From the IMG/VR virus record IMGVR_UViG_3300027754_000076: a stretch of 64,000 nt of DNA; one strand, 5' to 3'. Positions 35,916 to 45,729 of this stretch are shown here, in pieces; position 1 is the stretch's first letter, and every line of letters starts with the position of its first letter. Made by a program: the position numbers and the translations under genes. Source of the stretch: an uncultured virus (IMG/VR IMGVR_UViG_3300027754_000076). Its lineage: Duplodnaviria > Heunggongvirae > Uroviricota > Caudoviricetes. The notes under the pieces were generated by a model. The model made no database searches. It saw only the letters and a program-made list of their open reading frames with translations, and had not been told where the DNA came from.

Positions 35916-37697
35916 GAAATATCTCGCGCAGAAAAAAAAGGTTCCTTCACCCTTTACGGTCGCACGTTCCCGATTGGGACCGACCGGTTTCTGATAGAGC
36001 GCGAAATCATCCGTAAGCCGTCCTATGTCCCGGAACGCAAAGATGATTTGCACCATTACCGCGAGGCGTTGACCGCCCTGATGCCCAAGTTTGAATGGCA
36101 CCGATGGTCCGAACTCCTTTTCGAGAACTTCGTAAAGCATGACCAGATTGCCATCTGCGGACCCGGCAGCTCTGGCAAAACCTACACGTCCGCCGCGTGG
36201 GCATATCTGAACTTCCAGATATGGGGAAAAGACCTGACTTGTCTTGTTTCGACAACTACCCGCGAGCTATTGCCGCAACGTGTGTGGGGTGAAATCTGCG
36301 GCATCCATCGTGCCTGCAAAGAAAACCGCCCTTGGCTGGACGGTCATATCACTGACGCAAACTATTCCCTGACGGTATCCGGTTCAGTCGAAGGCGAAGG
36401 CCGAAGCTTCAAAGGCGGAATCAAGGGTGTCGCCTGCAAAGTTGGTCCCGACCAATGGACCGGCATGAGCAATTACGTCGGCGTGAAAAACGAGAGGTTG
36501 CTGGTCATCATGGATGAGTTGTCCCTGATGGGTTCGGGTGCCATTGACGCGATGGCAAACCTGGCCACAGGTGGTGCCATAAGCGTTCAGTTCATCGGCA
36601 TGGGCAACCCAAAAGACCCGCTTGATTCGTTGGGTAAACTCGGTGAACCCGTAGGCGGCTGGTCGTCCATAGGTCAGGAGAAACGAACCCGGACATGGGC
36701 AACCCGTGACGGCGGTGTGGGGATTCAGATTTACGGGCCGGACACTCCCAACGGTGACTTCCCGCGTGGCATCAATCCGTGGCACGGCATTTTGAAGCCG
36801 GAAACGATTGAGCGAAAACTGGCTTACTACAAAGACGTGAACGACATCAACATGACCATGATGTATTATGGCATCATGCCCATTCTGTCGCTCGACAAGC
36901 GGGTTCTGACGATGCAGCTATGCGAAGACGGCATGGCTTTCAACGATGTCACATGGTCAAGCAGCCCGCTCAAGAAGGTGGCCGCGCTGGACCCCGGCAA
37001 GGTGGCTGATGGCGACCGCAAGGTTCTTACGATTGGAACGTTCGGAGATGACGCCAACGGGGTCATGGTTTTGAAGCCTGAGTTGCAAGTGAACATTCCC
37101 ATCGTGAATTCTTCAGAGGATGTGGACACACAGATCGTAAAGTTCGTGATGAAAGAATGCCTGAACCGCGACATACCCCCGGAGAACTTCGGTTACGACT
37201 CAACCGGCAACGCCACTCTGGCTTCCGAGTTCGCGCACCTGTGGAGCCATAAATGCGTGCCGATTGATTTTGGAGGTTCCGCCCCTGACCGCCCGGTTCG
37301 TGCCGGTTCGCCCGACATGGAATCGCAAGCCTATCGGAATCGCGTGACCGGCCTTTGGTTCGCCGTTCGTGAGGCAATCAAGCTGGGGCAGATACGGGGA
37401 CTTCCGCGTGACTGCGCTCAAGAAGGTTGCCAGCGAATCTACAAGGAGACCGGAAAGGTGTCCGGCTTCGTGCAAGTCCAGGTTGAACCCAAGGTTGAAA
37501 TGAAAGAGCGCACCAAGGAATCACCCGATTTGATGGACTCGTTCGTGATTCTTTTGGAGATGGCCAGACGGCATGGATTCCAGCTTGGCCGCGCAAAAGT
37601 AATGAAGAAATCCGGCGAGAATCCGTTGCTTAAAGTAGCGGAACGGATACGCAAAACCATCCGTGGCCATGACCTTGTTCCGATGCGTAGTGTCTAA
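35913..37697 (+). CDS. terL: Terminase large subunit
   Basis: Walker A GPGSSGKT, Walker B VIMDE, GMGNP coupling motif, RNase H-like ALDPG and SPDLMDS. Confidence 0.88.
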   Translation: MEISRAEKKGSFTLYGRTFPIGTDRFLIEREIIRKPSYVPERKDDLHHYREALTALMPKFEWHRWSELLFENFVKHDQIAICGPGSSGKTYTSAAWAYLNFQIWGKDLTCLVSTTTRELLPQRVWGEICGIHRACKENRPWLDGHITDANYSLTVSGSVEGEGRSFKGGIKGVACKVGPDQWTGMSNYVGVKNERLLVIMDELSLMGSGAIDAMANLATGGAISVQFIGMGNPKDPLDSLGKLGEPVGGWSSIGQEKRTRTWATRDGGVGIQIYGPDTPNGDFPRGINPWHGILKPETIERKLAYYKDVNDINMTMMYYGIMPILSLDKRVLTMQLCEDGMAFNDVTWSSSPLKKVAALDPGKVADGDRKVLTIGTFGDDANGVMVLKPELQVNIPIVNSSEDVDTQIVKFVMKECLNRDIPPENFGYDSTGNATLASEFAHLWSHKCVPIDFGGSAPDRPVRAGSPDMESQAYRNRVTGLWFAVREAIKLGQIRGLPRDCAQEGCQRIYKETGKVSGFVQVQVEPKVEMKERTKESPDLMDSFVILLEMARRHGFQLGRAKVMKKSGENPLLKVAERIRKTIRGHDLVPMRSV

Positions 37698-37745
37698 AAG
37701 AGTTGACAGTCGGTCGTGGAGGTGAAAAAAGTTATTCCGTCATTT

Positions 37746-38033
37746 ATGGCTCAAGGTTTATTCAGGTTTCGACCCACCGGAAAAAAAGTTCTGGTCAAGA
37801 TGGAAGAGTTGCCAACCGTTGTTAATGGACTCCATATCGTTCCCCAAAGCGGGCACATGGCGGAACGTCCGCAAGTGGGTCGACTGATGATTCACGGGAC
37901 CAACAGCAAGTGCGAAGCGAAGGTTGGTAATCGCGTGGTGGTGAATCCCTACAACGGCAAGGACGTGGTGGTGGATGGCATCCCGTTCAAGATATACGAT
38001 GACTTCGCTGTGTTGGCGGTGGTGGAATCCTAA
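37746..38033 (+). CDS. groES: GroES/Cpn10 co-chaperonin
   Basis: FRPTGKKVLVK...GL.I...KVGNRV....YNGK.V.VDG.....DDFAVLAVVE. Confidence 0.8.
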   Translation: MAQGLFRFRPTGKKVLVKMEELPTVVNGLHIVPQSGHMAERPQVGRLMIHGTNSKCEAKVGNRVVVNPYNGKDVVVDGIPFKIYDDFAVLAVVES

Positions 38034-38039
38034 CCCCTG

Positions 38040-40265
38040 ATGAACTTCCGAATCAAAAACTGTTACGGTGTATTTCCGCCCGGTGGCTGGATGTATTCGG
38101 AAGAAGGCTGGAACGCACCGGCTCCATTGGGCACAGGTTTCCGGGATCAGATTGTCAACATCGCCAACTTTCGCCGCCAGAATCCACGGCTGAACCTGAG
38201 TCCGAATCTGGCCGACTGTGAACAGGCACTTCACAACTTCACCGCCGCCCGTCTCAACTACCATGTGAACTGGTGCGAGGCGTTTGACGAAGACTCAAAA
38301 AAAAACTCACCGACTCACCAGACTTACTCCCCAAAGGATTCAAAAGATGTTCAACCGGGTGTCGTTGAGCGTTTTTGGAATCGCTTCAAAAACGATGCGC
38401 GCGGGCTGGCTATCCTTGGCCGATGGATTGGTGATGGCGCGGTTCCCGTTGACCAGTCGGTAGCCGACGAACGCGCACGCGCCTGTCTTCGCGGCAATGG
38501 TGGAAACACGTGCCCGCACAATCAACCGGGTGGCCACATTGAAACGGCCATCGCCGAAGAGATTTTGGCGCAGACTTCCTTCCGAAAGGAAATCAAACTG
38601 GTGGTTCCGGGAGAACCTGGACTTAAAACATGCGAGCTTTGCGGGTGTCATCTGCCGTTGAAAGTGTGGGTTCCAAACGTCCCGGCAATGGATGGTCGTC
38701 CGACATGGTGTTGGCAAAAGGGGGATAGCAAGCCAACTTCAGTTCGCCCCAAGATCAACGTTCATCGCGGCGGCGCATTCGGTGATGTGATTCAATCTAC
38801 GACCATTGCCGACGCTCTGTGTGAACATGGTTACGATGTTCATTTCATGGCCGGTGAAGTGGAAGGCGTGGTTCTAAAGGGGCATCCGTCCATCGCATCA
38901 AACACGCCTGCGCCTAATGTTCCAACCATTGAACTGGATTGGGCTTATGAACGGTCGCCTGATTTCCCCACGACCAGCATTCAGACGTTGTTGCATCGCA
39001 AGAACGGTCATGGCTTGCAACACCAACGGGTTCCCCAACTGTTTCTGACCGAGGAAGAGAAGAAGGAAGCGTTCAATGCGTTGATCGGTTTGAAGCGTCC
39101 CATTATCGGAATCGCTGCCGCCTCCGGGTCATGGAAGAATCGTCAAACGCACACCGAAGACTGGCGCAAGGTTGCGGAGACCATGCCGGAAGCAACCTTC
39201 ATAAGCCTTGGACCGTGGCCATTGCCGCATCCCGTTCGCAATCTGAACGTGAACGGTTTCCGAAGGGTCATGGCGTTAATCAACGAATGCGATGCGTTCG
39301 TGGGTGTTGATACCGGTCTTCTTCATGTCGCTGCTGCGTTCAGGAAGCCGATAGGCGTCATTGAAGGACCGTTCCGAAGTGAGTTGCGGGTTACGGACGG
39401 TTCCGATTTCTTGGCGGTCAAGGCACCGGTTGATTGCCTGTATTGTTCCACCTACACCTGTCAGAAATTCGACAAGGAAAAGCCGCCCTGCCAACGGCTG
39501 GATGTAAATGAAATGGCCAGAGTCATGCGGATGAAGGTGTTTCCGCATGGAGTTTCCGCACTAGTCCCAACAATGACGGGACTTCCAAGAATGGAGCGGT
39601 TGGCCAAGACGCTGGATAAGTCGATGGGCCAGATCGAATACGAACTGTTGATCGGTCTGGACGGGGACGCATCACCGGAACCCTATCGTCAATATGGCCA
39701 CCCGGTTCCCAACATATCCAAGAAACGAAACGGATTCGGCAAGACGTGCAACCGGATGGCCCGTCATAGCATGGGTGAATTCCTGTTCTTCCTGAATGAC
39801 GACTGCTACATGGACCCCGGTTCCGTTTCTGAGATGTTGAAGCATTTTGTTGACCCGTCTGTTGCAGTGGTCGGTTGCAAGACCCGGTATCCCAACGGGA
39901 AGCTTTATTTCGCGGGAAGTCACCGGCCACACGGAGCCACGAACTTCGGACACATTCAGGACAACCGGTTCACTGAACCAACTGAAATGGAGTTCATCAA
40001 CTTTGCCGCCGCCATCGTTCGCCGAAAGGCATTCTATCAGGTTGGAGGTTTTGACGAACGATACGACTGCTATTCCGAAGATGCCGATCTTTGCATTCGT
40101 TTGAAAAAGGCCGGGTGGAAACTGATTTACGAACCGAAAGCGACCGGGATACATGACGAATCCCAAACCACATCCCCAATGAAAATGAAGCTGCTTCAGG
40201 AAGGTGAAGCGTTGTTCGCGAAACGTTGGGGGACTTACCTGACGGAAACAAAACCACTACGATGA
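38040..40265 (+). CDS. Fusion: Cys-rich N-domain + GT9-like + GT2 glycosyltransferase
   Basis: GAFGDVI and VDTGLLHVAAA (GT9); GFGKTCN, FLNDD, GGFDERY, EDADLC (GT2). Confidence 0.88.
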   Translation: MNFRIKNCYGVFPPGGWMYSEEGWNAPAPLGTGFRDQIVNIANFRRQNPRLNLSPNLADCEQALHNFTAARLNYHVNWCEAFDEDSKKNSPTHQTYSPKDSKDVQPGVVERFWNRFKNDARGLAILGRWIGDGAVPVDQSVADERARACLRGNGGNTCPHNQPGGHIETAIAEEILAQTSFRKEIKLVVPGEPGLKTCELCGCHLPLKVWVPNVPAMDGRPTWCWQKGDSKPTSVRPKINVHRGGAFGDVIQSTTIADALCEHGYDVHFMAGEVEGVVLKGHPSIASNTPAPNVPTIELDWAYERSPDFPTTSIQTLLHRKNGHGLQHQRVPQLFLTEEEKKEAFNALIGLKRPIIGIAAASGSWKNRQTHTEDWRKVAETMPEATFISLGPWPLPHPVRNLNVNGFRRVMALINECDAFVGVDTGLLHVAAAFRKPIGVIEGPFRSELRVTDGSDFLAVKAPVDCLYCSTYTCQKFDKEKPPCQRLDVNEMARVMRMKVFPHGVSALVPTMTGLPRMERLAKTLDKSMGQIEYELLIGLDGDASPEPYRQYGHPVPNISKKRNGFGKTCNRMARHSMGEFLFFLNDDCYMDPGSVSEMLKHFVDPSVAVVGCKTRYPNGKLYFAGSHRPHGATNFGHIQDNRFTEPTEMEFINFAAAIVRRKAFYQVGGFDERYDCYSEDADLCIRLKKAGWKLIYEPKATGIHDESQTTSPMKMKLLQEGEALFAKRWGTYLTETKPLR

Positions 40266-40813
40266 CCATCACTGACAGGGTTGGAGACCCCAAGGAGTCT
40301 TCCCGAATTGTATGGGAGCTTTACAAGTCACCCGGCATTGACCTTGGATGTTGCAATGCAAGCCATACCCGGCTTCTTCCGCAGATGACGTTTGTTGACC
40401 TCATTCGTCATACCAATCCGCCAGATAACTTAGTGGAAATGGACATCTTGGATGTTCCAAAGGTTTACGAAGGCCGGAAGTTTGGCGTGGCATATATGCT
40501 GGATTCCGTGGAGCATCTTTACCAGCAACCGGCCCTGAAGCTGTTGAAGGAACTGGAGTCGATTTCGGAACGGATTGTTGTGTTTACTCCCATCGGAGAA
40601 CTGTGGATGAACAACGATTCGGGTCCAGACGGGCATCATTCGGGCTGGACCCCGGACATGTTTGAGGCGATGGGATACGAAACATGGACGTGGCCGAAAT
40701 ATCATCTGTTTCCCAGCGGCGAAACCCACGGCGCATTTTGGGCGTGGAAAGACATCGGCAAAGAAAACATGACGGTCGAAAAACTGTCCAAGAATGCGAG
40801 GGTAAAAGTATGA
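40262..40813 (+). CDS. Class I SAM methyltransferase-like protein
   Basis: IDLGC, LDSVEHL, VVFTP, HHSGWT. Confidence 0.7.
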   Translation: MTITDRVGDPKESSRIVWELYKSPGIDLGCCNASHTRLLPQMTFVDLIRHTNPPDNLVEMDILDVPKVYEGRKFGVAYMLDSVEHLYQQPALKLLKELESISERIVVFTPIGELWMNNDSGPDGHHSGWTPDMFEAMGYETWTWPKYHLFPSGETHGAFWAWKDIGKENMTVEKLSKNARVKV

Positions 40814-41421
40814 ATATGGTTGCTGTTTTTGACATGGTGGTGGCGCACGGCGGCAGAAAGTCCGAACTCACCCCGGAAGTCATGGGTGCAGTTGGAGGCT
40901 TCTGCGGAGACCGGTTCCGTCACCTGATGAACAACTTTGGTTCAGTTTGCGAATGCTACCTTGAGATTGGTTCACTTCACGGCGCATCGCTCACTTCCAC
41001 TTGTTACGGCAACGATATTGAAGCCTACGCCATTGAGAACTTCAGCGAGTTCGATGGAAACCGCGAGACACTGACCGGAAATGTCACCAAGTTTGCTCCG
41101 CAAGCGAAACTAATCTTTGGCGACTGTTGGTTGCCCGAAACCATCGCACAGATACCCGATGGCAAAGTGGACCTGTATTTCTACGACGGCTGCCATTCGG
41201 TTGAATCGCAGGAGAAGGCATTGACGGTCTATGCCTCCAAAATGTCGGACCAATTTATCTACATCGTGGATGATTGGAACTGGCCACAGGTTCAAGAAGG
41301 TGCAAGGCGTGGAATAGCTGCCAGTGGGTTGAAGATTCTCCGGTCGCACGAACAGCCGTGCCCCGATGGTGACGCTTCCGGGTGGTGGAACGGTGTCGGT
41401 ATTTTCGTATTACAAAAATGA
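40810..41421 (+). CDS. Methyltransferase_24-like SAM methyltransferase
   Basis: YLEIGSLHGAS, YDGCH, IVDDWNW, WWNG. Confidence 0.8.
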   Translation: MNMVAVFDMVVAHGGRKSELTPEVMGAVGGFCGDRFRHLMNNFGSVCECYLEIGSLHGASLTSTCYGNDIEAYAIENFSEFDGNRETLTGNVTKFAPQAKLIFGDCWLPETIAQIPDGKVDLYFYDGCHSVESQEKALTVYASKMSDQFIYIVDDWNWPQVQEGARRGIAASGLKILRSHEQPCPDGDASGWWNGVGIFVLQK

Positions 41422-42167
41422 AACTCGGCGGCTCCATGATAATCCATAACGCAGTCGAATTTGACTACTGCGTTGAAATTGCACTTCGTTCACTGCTTCC
41501 CGTCTGTGACGAGGTGGTAATCGTGGATGCGGAATCCGATGACGGAACCCGAAGCATCCTCATGGAACTGGCGGTGGAGTTTCCCAAGCTTCGCGTCCTG
41601 TCTGCCCCTTGGCGTCCCAACCCAGGCGGGTGGGGTTCTTGGTTGTCCGACCTTTCCAACATGTCGCGTGAGGCGTTGAAGGCGTCCGGTTGCACGCATC
41701 ACATTGGAATTCAGGCGGACGAAGTATTGGAGGCGGTTGACCCAAAATGGTTGCGTAACTACATTGAGGAAGCCCCTTGCGCCCTTTATCGGTTGAACTT
41801 CTGGATTGACCACCGGCATCTGGTTCCTCGCGGACGGGTCTGCAATGACCAGGTTATACGCTGCGGCCCCATAGATGCCGCTTACGTCGGTGACGCCGAA
41901 TCCATCTTGGCCGAACGTCCGGTTCTTCTGGATCGTCCGCAGATATTTCATTACGGCTTCATTCGTCGCACCAAGGAGTATGTGGCCAAGGCGAAGCCGA
42001 TGCACCTGGCGTTCACGGGTAGCAATTATGACCCGGCTTTGGACACGATGCTGGAAGACAAGCGAAAAGGGTTTGAACAGCATATCCCTTTGTCGGAATG
42101 CAAAAAGTTTACGGGCGACCATCCCAACATTGCCAAACAATGGCTTTCGGAAAGAGGTTACAACTGA
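41418..42167 (+). CDS. GT2-family glycosyltransferase
   Basis: SLLPVCDEVVIVD..SDDGT, QADE, IFHYGF. Confidence 0.82.
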   Translation: MKLGGSMIIHNAVEFDYCVEIALRSLLPVCDEVVIVDAESDDGTRSILMELAVEFPKLRVLSAPWRPNPGGWGSWLSDLSNMSREALKASGCTHHIGIQADEVLEAVDPKWLRNYIEEAPCALYRLNFWIDHRHLVPRGRVCNDQVIRCGPIDAAYVGDAESILAERPVLLDRPQIFHYGFIRRTKEYVAKAKPMHLAFTGSNYDPALDTMLEDKRKGFEQHIPLSECKKFTGDHPNIAKQWLSERGYN

Positions 42168-43078
42168 TGAGAATTGCATGGTCAGGCCGTCATACCCCTT
42201 ACGCCTACATGTTCATGCGGGCGTTTCCTGAACTGAGTTTTACCGTCGATGCTTGGGATGAAATCTTCAGACCTTTGCCAGAGAACGCCAAATGGGAACC
42301 GTGGTCCGGTGATTATGACGTGCTGATTACCGACCATTGGGATTTGACCCCGTTGGACGTGTCGGCAAAGCGCAAGGTGTTCATCGACCACAACGAGTAT
42401 TCCCATTCGGAAACCGGTGGCCAGCATGTGATCGACAACGTTGATGCGTTCGTATCGGTCTCGGAACACAAGCTGTGGACGCACCGGGAACTTTGCTTCA
42501 ACCCGAAGGTCCATTGGATATGGTTCTGTTTCGATGAAGCCATGTTTCCAGAACGCCGATACGACCTTCCAAAGAAAGTCGGGTTCGTTCACAACGGACT
42601 TAACGGCGAACAGGCAATCATCGCAAATGGAGTCCTGTGGGGGCACGACTCGGTTGGTATCGGGCATGGCAACACGCTGTTCATGGGCAAGCTTTCTTCT
42701 CCCTGTGGATTGGATGGGATGTTGGATGAAACCGGTTCCCTGTCGGCGGCTATCAACATCGTGAATGGTGATTCATGCGGCATGTCGCCACTGGAACTAA
42801 TGGCTCAGGGCGTTCCCGTGGTGTTCGGAGCCTCGCTTGATCTTCCAAGATTTCTGTTCTCTGGATGGAACTGTTTCATCACCCGGAACCGGGCAACGGA
42901 TTCCCTTGAGGAAATGCGCGAGTATGTAAGCCGTCTTGTGAACGACCAAGACTTTAACCGGCGCATGGGAGCTATGGCGCGCAAGACAGTGCTTCAGGAA
43001 TTAAGCGTTGACTTGTTTCGTCGTAAATGGTCTGCGGTATTGCAACTAAAGCTTCCAACCGATAATAATACCCCATGA
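42167..43078 (+). CDS. GT4 (GT-B) glycosyltransferase
   Basis: CGMSPLELMAQGVPVV...MGAMARKTV. Confidence 0.8.
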   Translation: MRIAWSGRHTPYAYMFMRAFPELSFTVDAWDEIFRPLPENAKWEPWSGDYDVLITDHWDLTPLDVSAKRKVFIDHNEYSHSETGGQHVIDNVDAFVSVSEHKLWTHRELCFNPKVHWIWFCFDEAMFPERRYDLPKKVGFVHNGLNGEQAIIANGVLWGHDSVGIGHGNTLFMGKLSSPCGLDGMLDETGSLSAAINIVNGDSCGMSPLELMAQGVPVVFGASLDLPRFLFSGWNCFITRNRATDSLEEMREYVSRLVNDQDFNRRMGAMARKTVLQELSVDLFRRKWSAVLQLKLPTDNNTP

Positions 43079-45405
43079 GCTTCAAAAACGCAGACGAAAT
43101 CTGGTTCACAATTTACCAGATGATAATCGCGGACATTCCGCGAGCGCAGAACCGTGAACGCATCAACGCCCTCATGGTTGGTGCGCCGCCATTCACGGAA
43201 CGCGAGGCGACAGACAACAAGATTTTCACCAACGTCAACTTCCTTGACCCTCGACGCGCTCTGGCAACTGCACAGCTTCAGACCCGTCAGGCGTATCTGA
43301 AGCCACCCCGATACTTCGATTGGTCACTAGACACCGGCCCGCAAGCGAAGCGCATGGAATGGGGTCTTACCATATCCAACGAGATTAACCGGGTTCTGAA
43401 ACGGAGTCACAAGCTGACCGAGGTAATCAAAAGCAAGGTTGGCAGTGCCGTCCTGCATGGACCTGGACCTTCGGTGTGGACCAAACGTCAGGAATGGTGT
43501 CCCCACACTCGCGGCGTTGAAGACATCTTGGTTCCGTCTTTAACGTTACGCGACCGGTCCAACTTGGACTATTTCGCAGTCTTTACCACGTTCACGCTGG
43601 CGGAACTTCGCCGAATGACCACCGGAGACTTTGTTGACCCTGGATGGAACATGCCTTTGGTGCAGGCTCTTTGCGACAAGATGGAAAGGGAGCTTGGTTC
43701 CGTTTCCTACACGTCGCAGCTTCAGAACTGGCAGTATCCTGAGAAGTGGGGTCAGGACGTGGTGGAAAACAGTGCCTACATTGGCATTGATTCCGCACCG
43801 CGCGTCCGTTGCTACGACTTCTATTTCCGCAAGGAAATCAAAGGCAAGGAAGTGTGGGTTCGACGCATCCTGTTGGACCGGGTGAACGAACCGTATATCG
43901 GTATCAGCCAGAAAGACGGTGGACCGAATCAGAACAGTTTCTTGTTCAATCCTGGAAATCGGTCTTACGCGGATTCCTTGGAATCGTTGATGCACGTTCT
44001 GTTCATCGACAACAACCCGGTTTCTCCGTATCGGTGGCATAACGCCCGTTCGACCGGCATGATGCTCTACGCCATCGGTCATCTGGTGAACCGCGCCAAG
44101 TGCAAGATGATGGACGCCTTTTGGGAGTCGCAGAACATGTATTTCCGGGTGGACGGAACCGGCGACAAGGAACGGGTTCAGAACATTGACCTCTACAACT
44201 ACGGGGTTATTCCCGATGGCGTTACCGTGATTCCACAGGGGGAACGGCTTAACCTGAACTGGCCGAATATCCTTTCCGTCATTGGTGGCATGACTCGCAG
44301 CATTACCGACATGACTTCGGTAATCGCCGATTCCAACGAGAATGCCGGTGGCCAGCCTCCTACGGCGACGCAAATCGTGGCCGATGCCAATAACCGGAAT
44401 GCGATGCAGAATGACACCATTTCGGACGGCATGGACGACATGGAGATTTTCTATCAGGAACTTGCGCGTCGTTTTGCCACGTTGGACCATCCTGACTGCA
44501 AAAAGTTCCGCCGCAAATGCGAAGAACAGGGCGTTGACAAGGCTATCTGGAAAGACCCCGATTCATGGGTTATCAAGGCGCAACGCACGGTCGGTGGCGG
44601 CAACAAAGCCATTGAAATGGCGATGATTTCTGAGTTGCGCGGACTTCAACCCCGGCTTTCCCCTCCCGCCCAACGCATCATCGACCAGCTTGCGGCCACG
44701 GCTTACACGGACAACGCCGGACTGGCACTTCAACTGGTTCCCGATGCAGACGTTTCCCCGTCTTCGTCCGTCATGTATGCCACGATGGCATGGGGCACCC
44801 TTATGGATCAGCAGCCGGTGGCACTCACCACTGCCGTTGACCACAAGGATTACACGTCAACGTTGATTACGTTGCTGTTCGGAGCGGTTCAGAAAACGGG
44901 TCAGTCCATGCAGGCCGGTCAGCTTCCTACGATGGAAACACTCATGGGCTATGCCTTCATTTCCCAAACCATCCAGCACGAAATGCAGATGATAGCCGCC
45001 GACCTGTCTTCTTCCGCATGGGTCAAGACTGCCAAGGACACGATGGCTCAGATTAACAACGAGTTAAAGGCACTCATCCAGCGCACGCAACAGGCCATGA
45101 AGGCGCAGCAGCCGCAACAAGACCCCAAGGCGGCGATTGAAGCAGCCAAGGCACAACAGGAAATGCAGTTCAAGGCTCAGTCGCATCAGTTGTCGCTTCA
45201 GAATCAGGCTCAAGAACACGCGCTGACATTCCAGCATCGCCAACAGGGACATGCTCTTGATACGGCTGCCAAGGTTCAGAAAATCAGTCAGGACAACCGG
45301 GAACATCACGTCGATGTCGCCTTGGATTCGGCACAGGCCGCTAACGACATGGAGATAAAGCGCGGAAGCGCAAAACAGGCACAACAACTGACCAAACCGG
45401 AATAA
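43075..45405 (+). CDS. Portal protein
   Basis: 776 aa, helical, Gln-rich C-terminal barrel (P22-like); lies between the terminase operon and the scaffold. Confidence 0.75.
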   Translation: MSFKNADEIWFTIYQMIIADIPRAQNRERINALMVGAPPFTEREATDNKIFTNVNFLDPRRALATAQLQTRQAYLKPPRYFDWSLDTGPQAKRMEWGLTISNEINRVLKRSHKLTEVIKSKVGSAVLHGPGPSVWTKRQEWCPHTRGVEDILVPSLTLRDRSNLDYFAVFTTFTLAELRRMTTGDFVDPGWNMPLVQALCDKMERELGSVSYTSQLQNWQYPEKWGQDVVENSAYIGIDSAPRVRCYDFYFRKEIKGKEVWVRRILLDRVNEPYIGISQKDGGPNQNSFLFNPGNRSYADSLESLMHVLFIDNNPVSPYRWHNARSTGMMLYAIGHLVNRAKCKMMDAFWESQNMYFRVDGTGDKERVQNIDLYNYGVIPDGVTVIPQGERLNLNWPNILSVIGGMTRSITDMTSVIADSNENAGGQPPTATQIVADANNRNAMQNDTISDGMDDMEIFYQELARRFATLDHPDCKKFRRKCEEQGVDKAIWKDPDSWVIKAQRTVGGGNKAIEMAMISELRGLQPRLSPPAQRIIDQLAATAYTDNAGLALQLVPDADVSPSSSVMYATMAWGTLMDQQPVALTTAVDHKDYTSTLITLLFGAVQKTGQSMQAGQLPTMETLMGYAFISQTIQHEMQMIAADLSSSAWVKTAKDTMAQINNELKALIQRTQQAMKAQQPQQDPKAAIEAAKAQQEMQFKAQSHQLSLQNQAQEHALTFQHRQQGHALDTAAKVQKISQDNREHHVDVALDSAQAANDMEIKRGSAKQAQQLTKPE

Positions 45406-45723
45406 ATGACCCCGCAAGCACTATACCTCGCCAACGATGAACGCCGTAAGTGGTATGCCTCGACGTTTCAGAATGCACAGTCCGAAGAAGCCATTTTTGC
45501 CGTCTTCTCCCAGTATTGCCACGATCTTGGAAGTGCCGTTGATGGGGGAACCGCCATCGCCTTGAACGCCAAACGTCAGGGGGCACTTGAACTGGCTCAA
45601 CGCATCGCCAGCTTTACGGTCCCGCAGAAACCGGTGAAGCATAACAGTCTGGATACACCGCTCCAAGATACCACAATTCGTGGCGGACCCACTTTTCCAG
45701 TCAGTAAACCAAAAACGCAGTAA
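45406..45723 (+). CDS. Hypothetical protein after portal
   Basis: RQGAL motif and position typical of small post-portal genes. Confidence 0.55.
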   Translation: MTPQALYLANDERRKWYASTFQNAQSEEAIFAVFSQYCHDLGSAVDGGTAIALNAKRQGALELAQRIASFTVPQKPVKHNSLDTPLQDTTIRGGPTFPVSKPKTQ

Positions 45724-45729
45724 CATATC

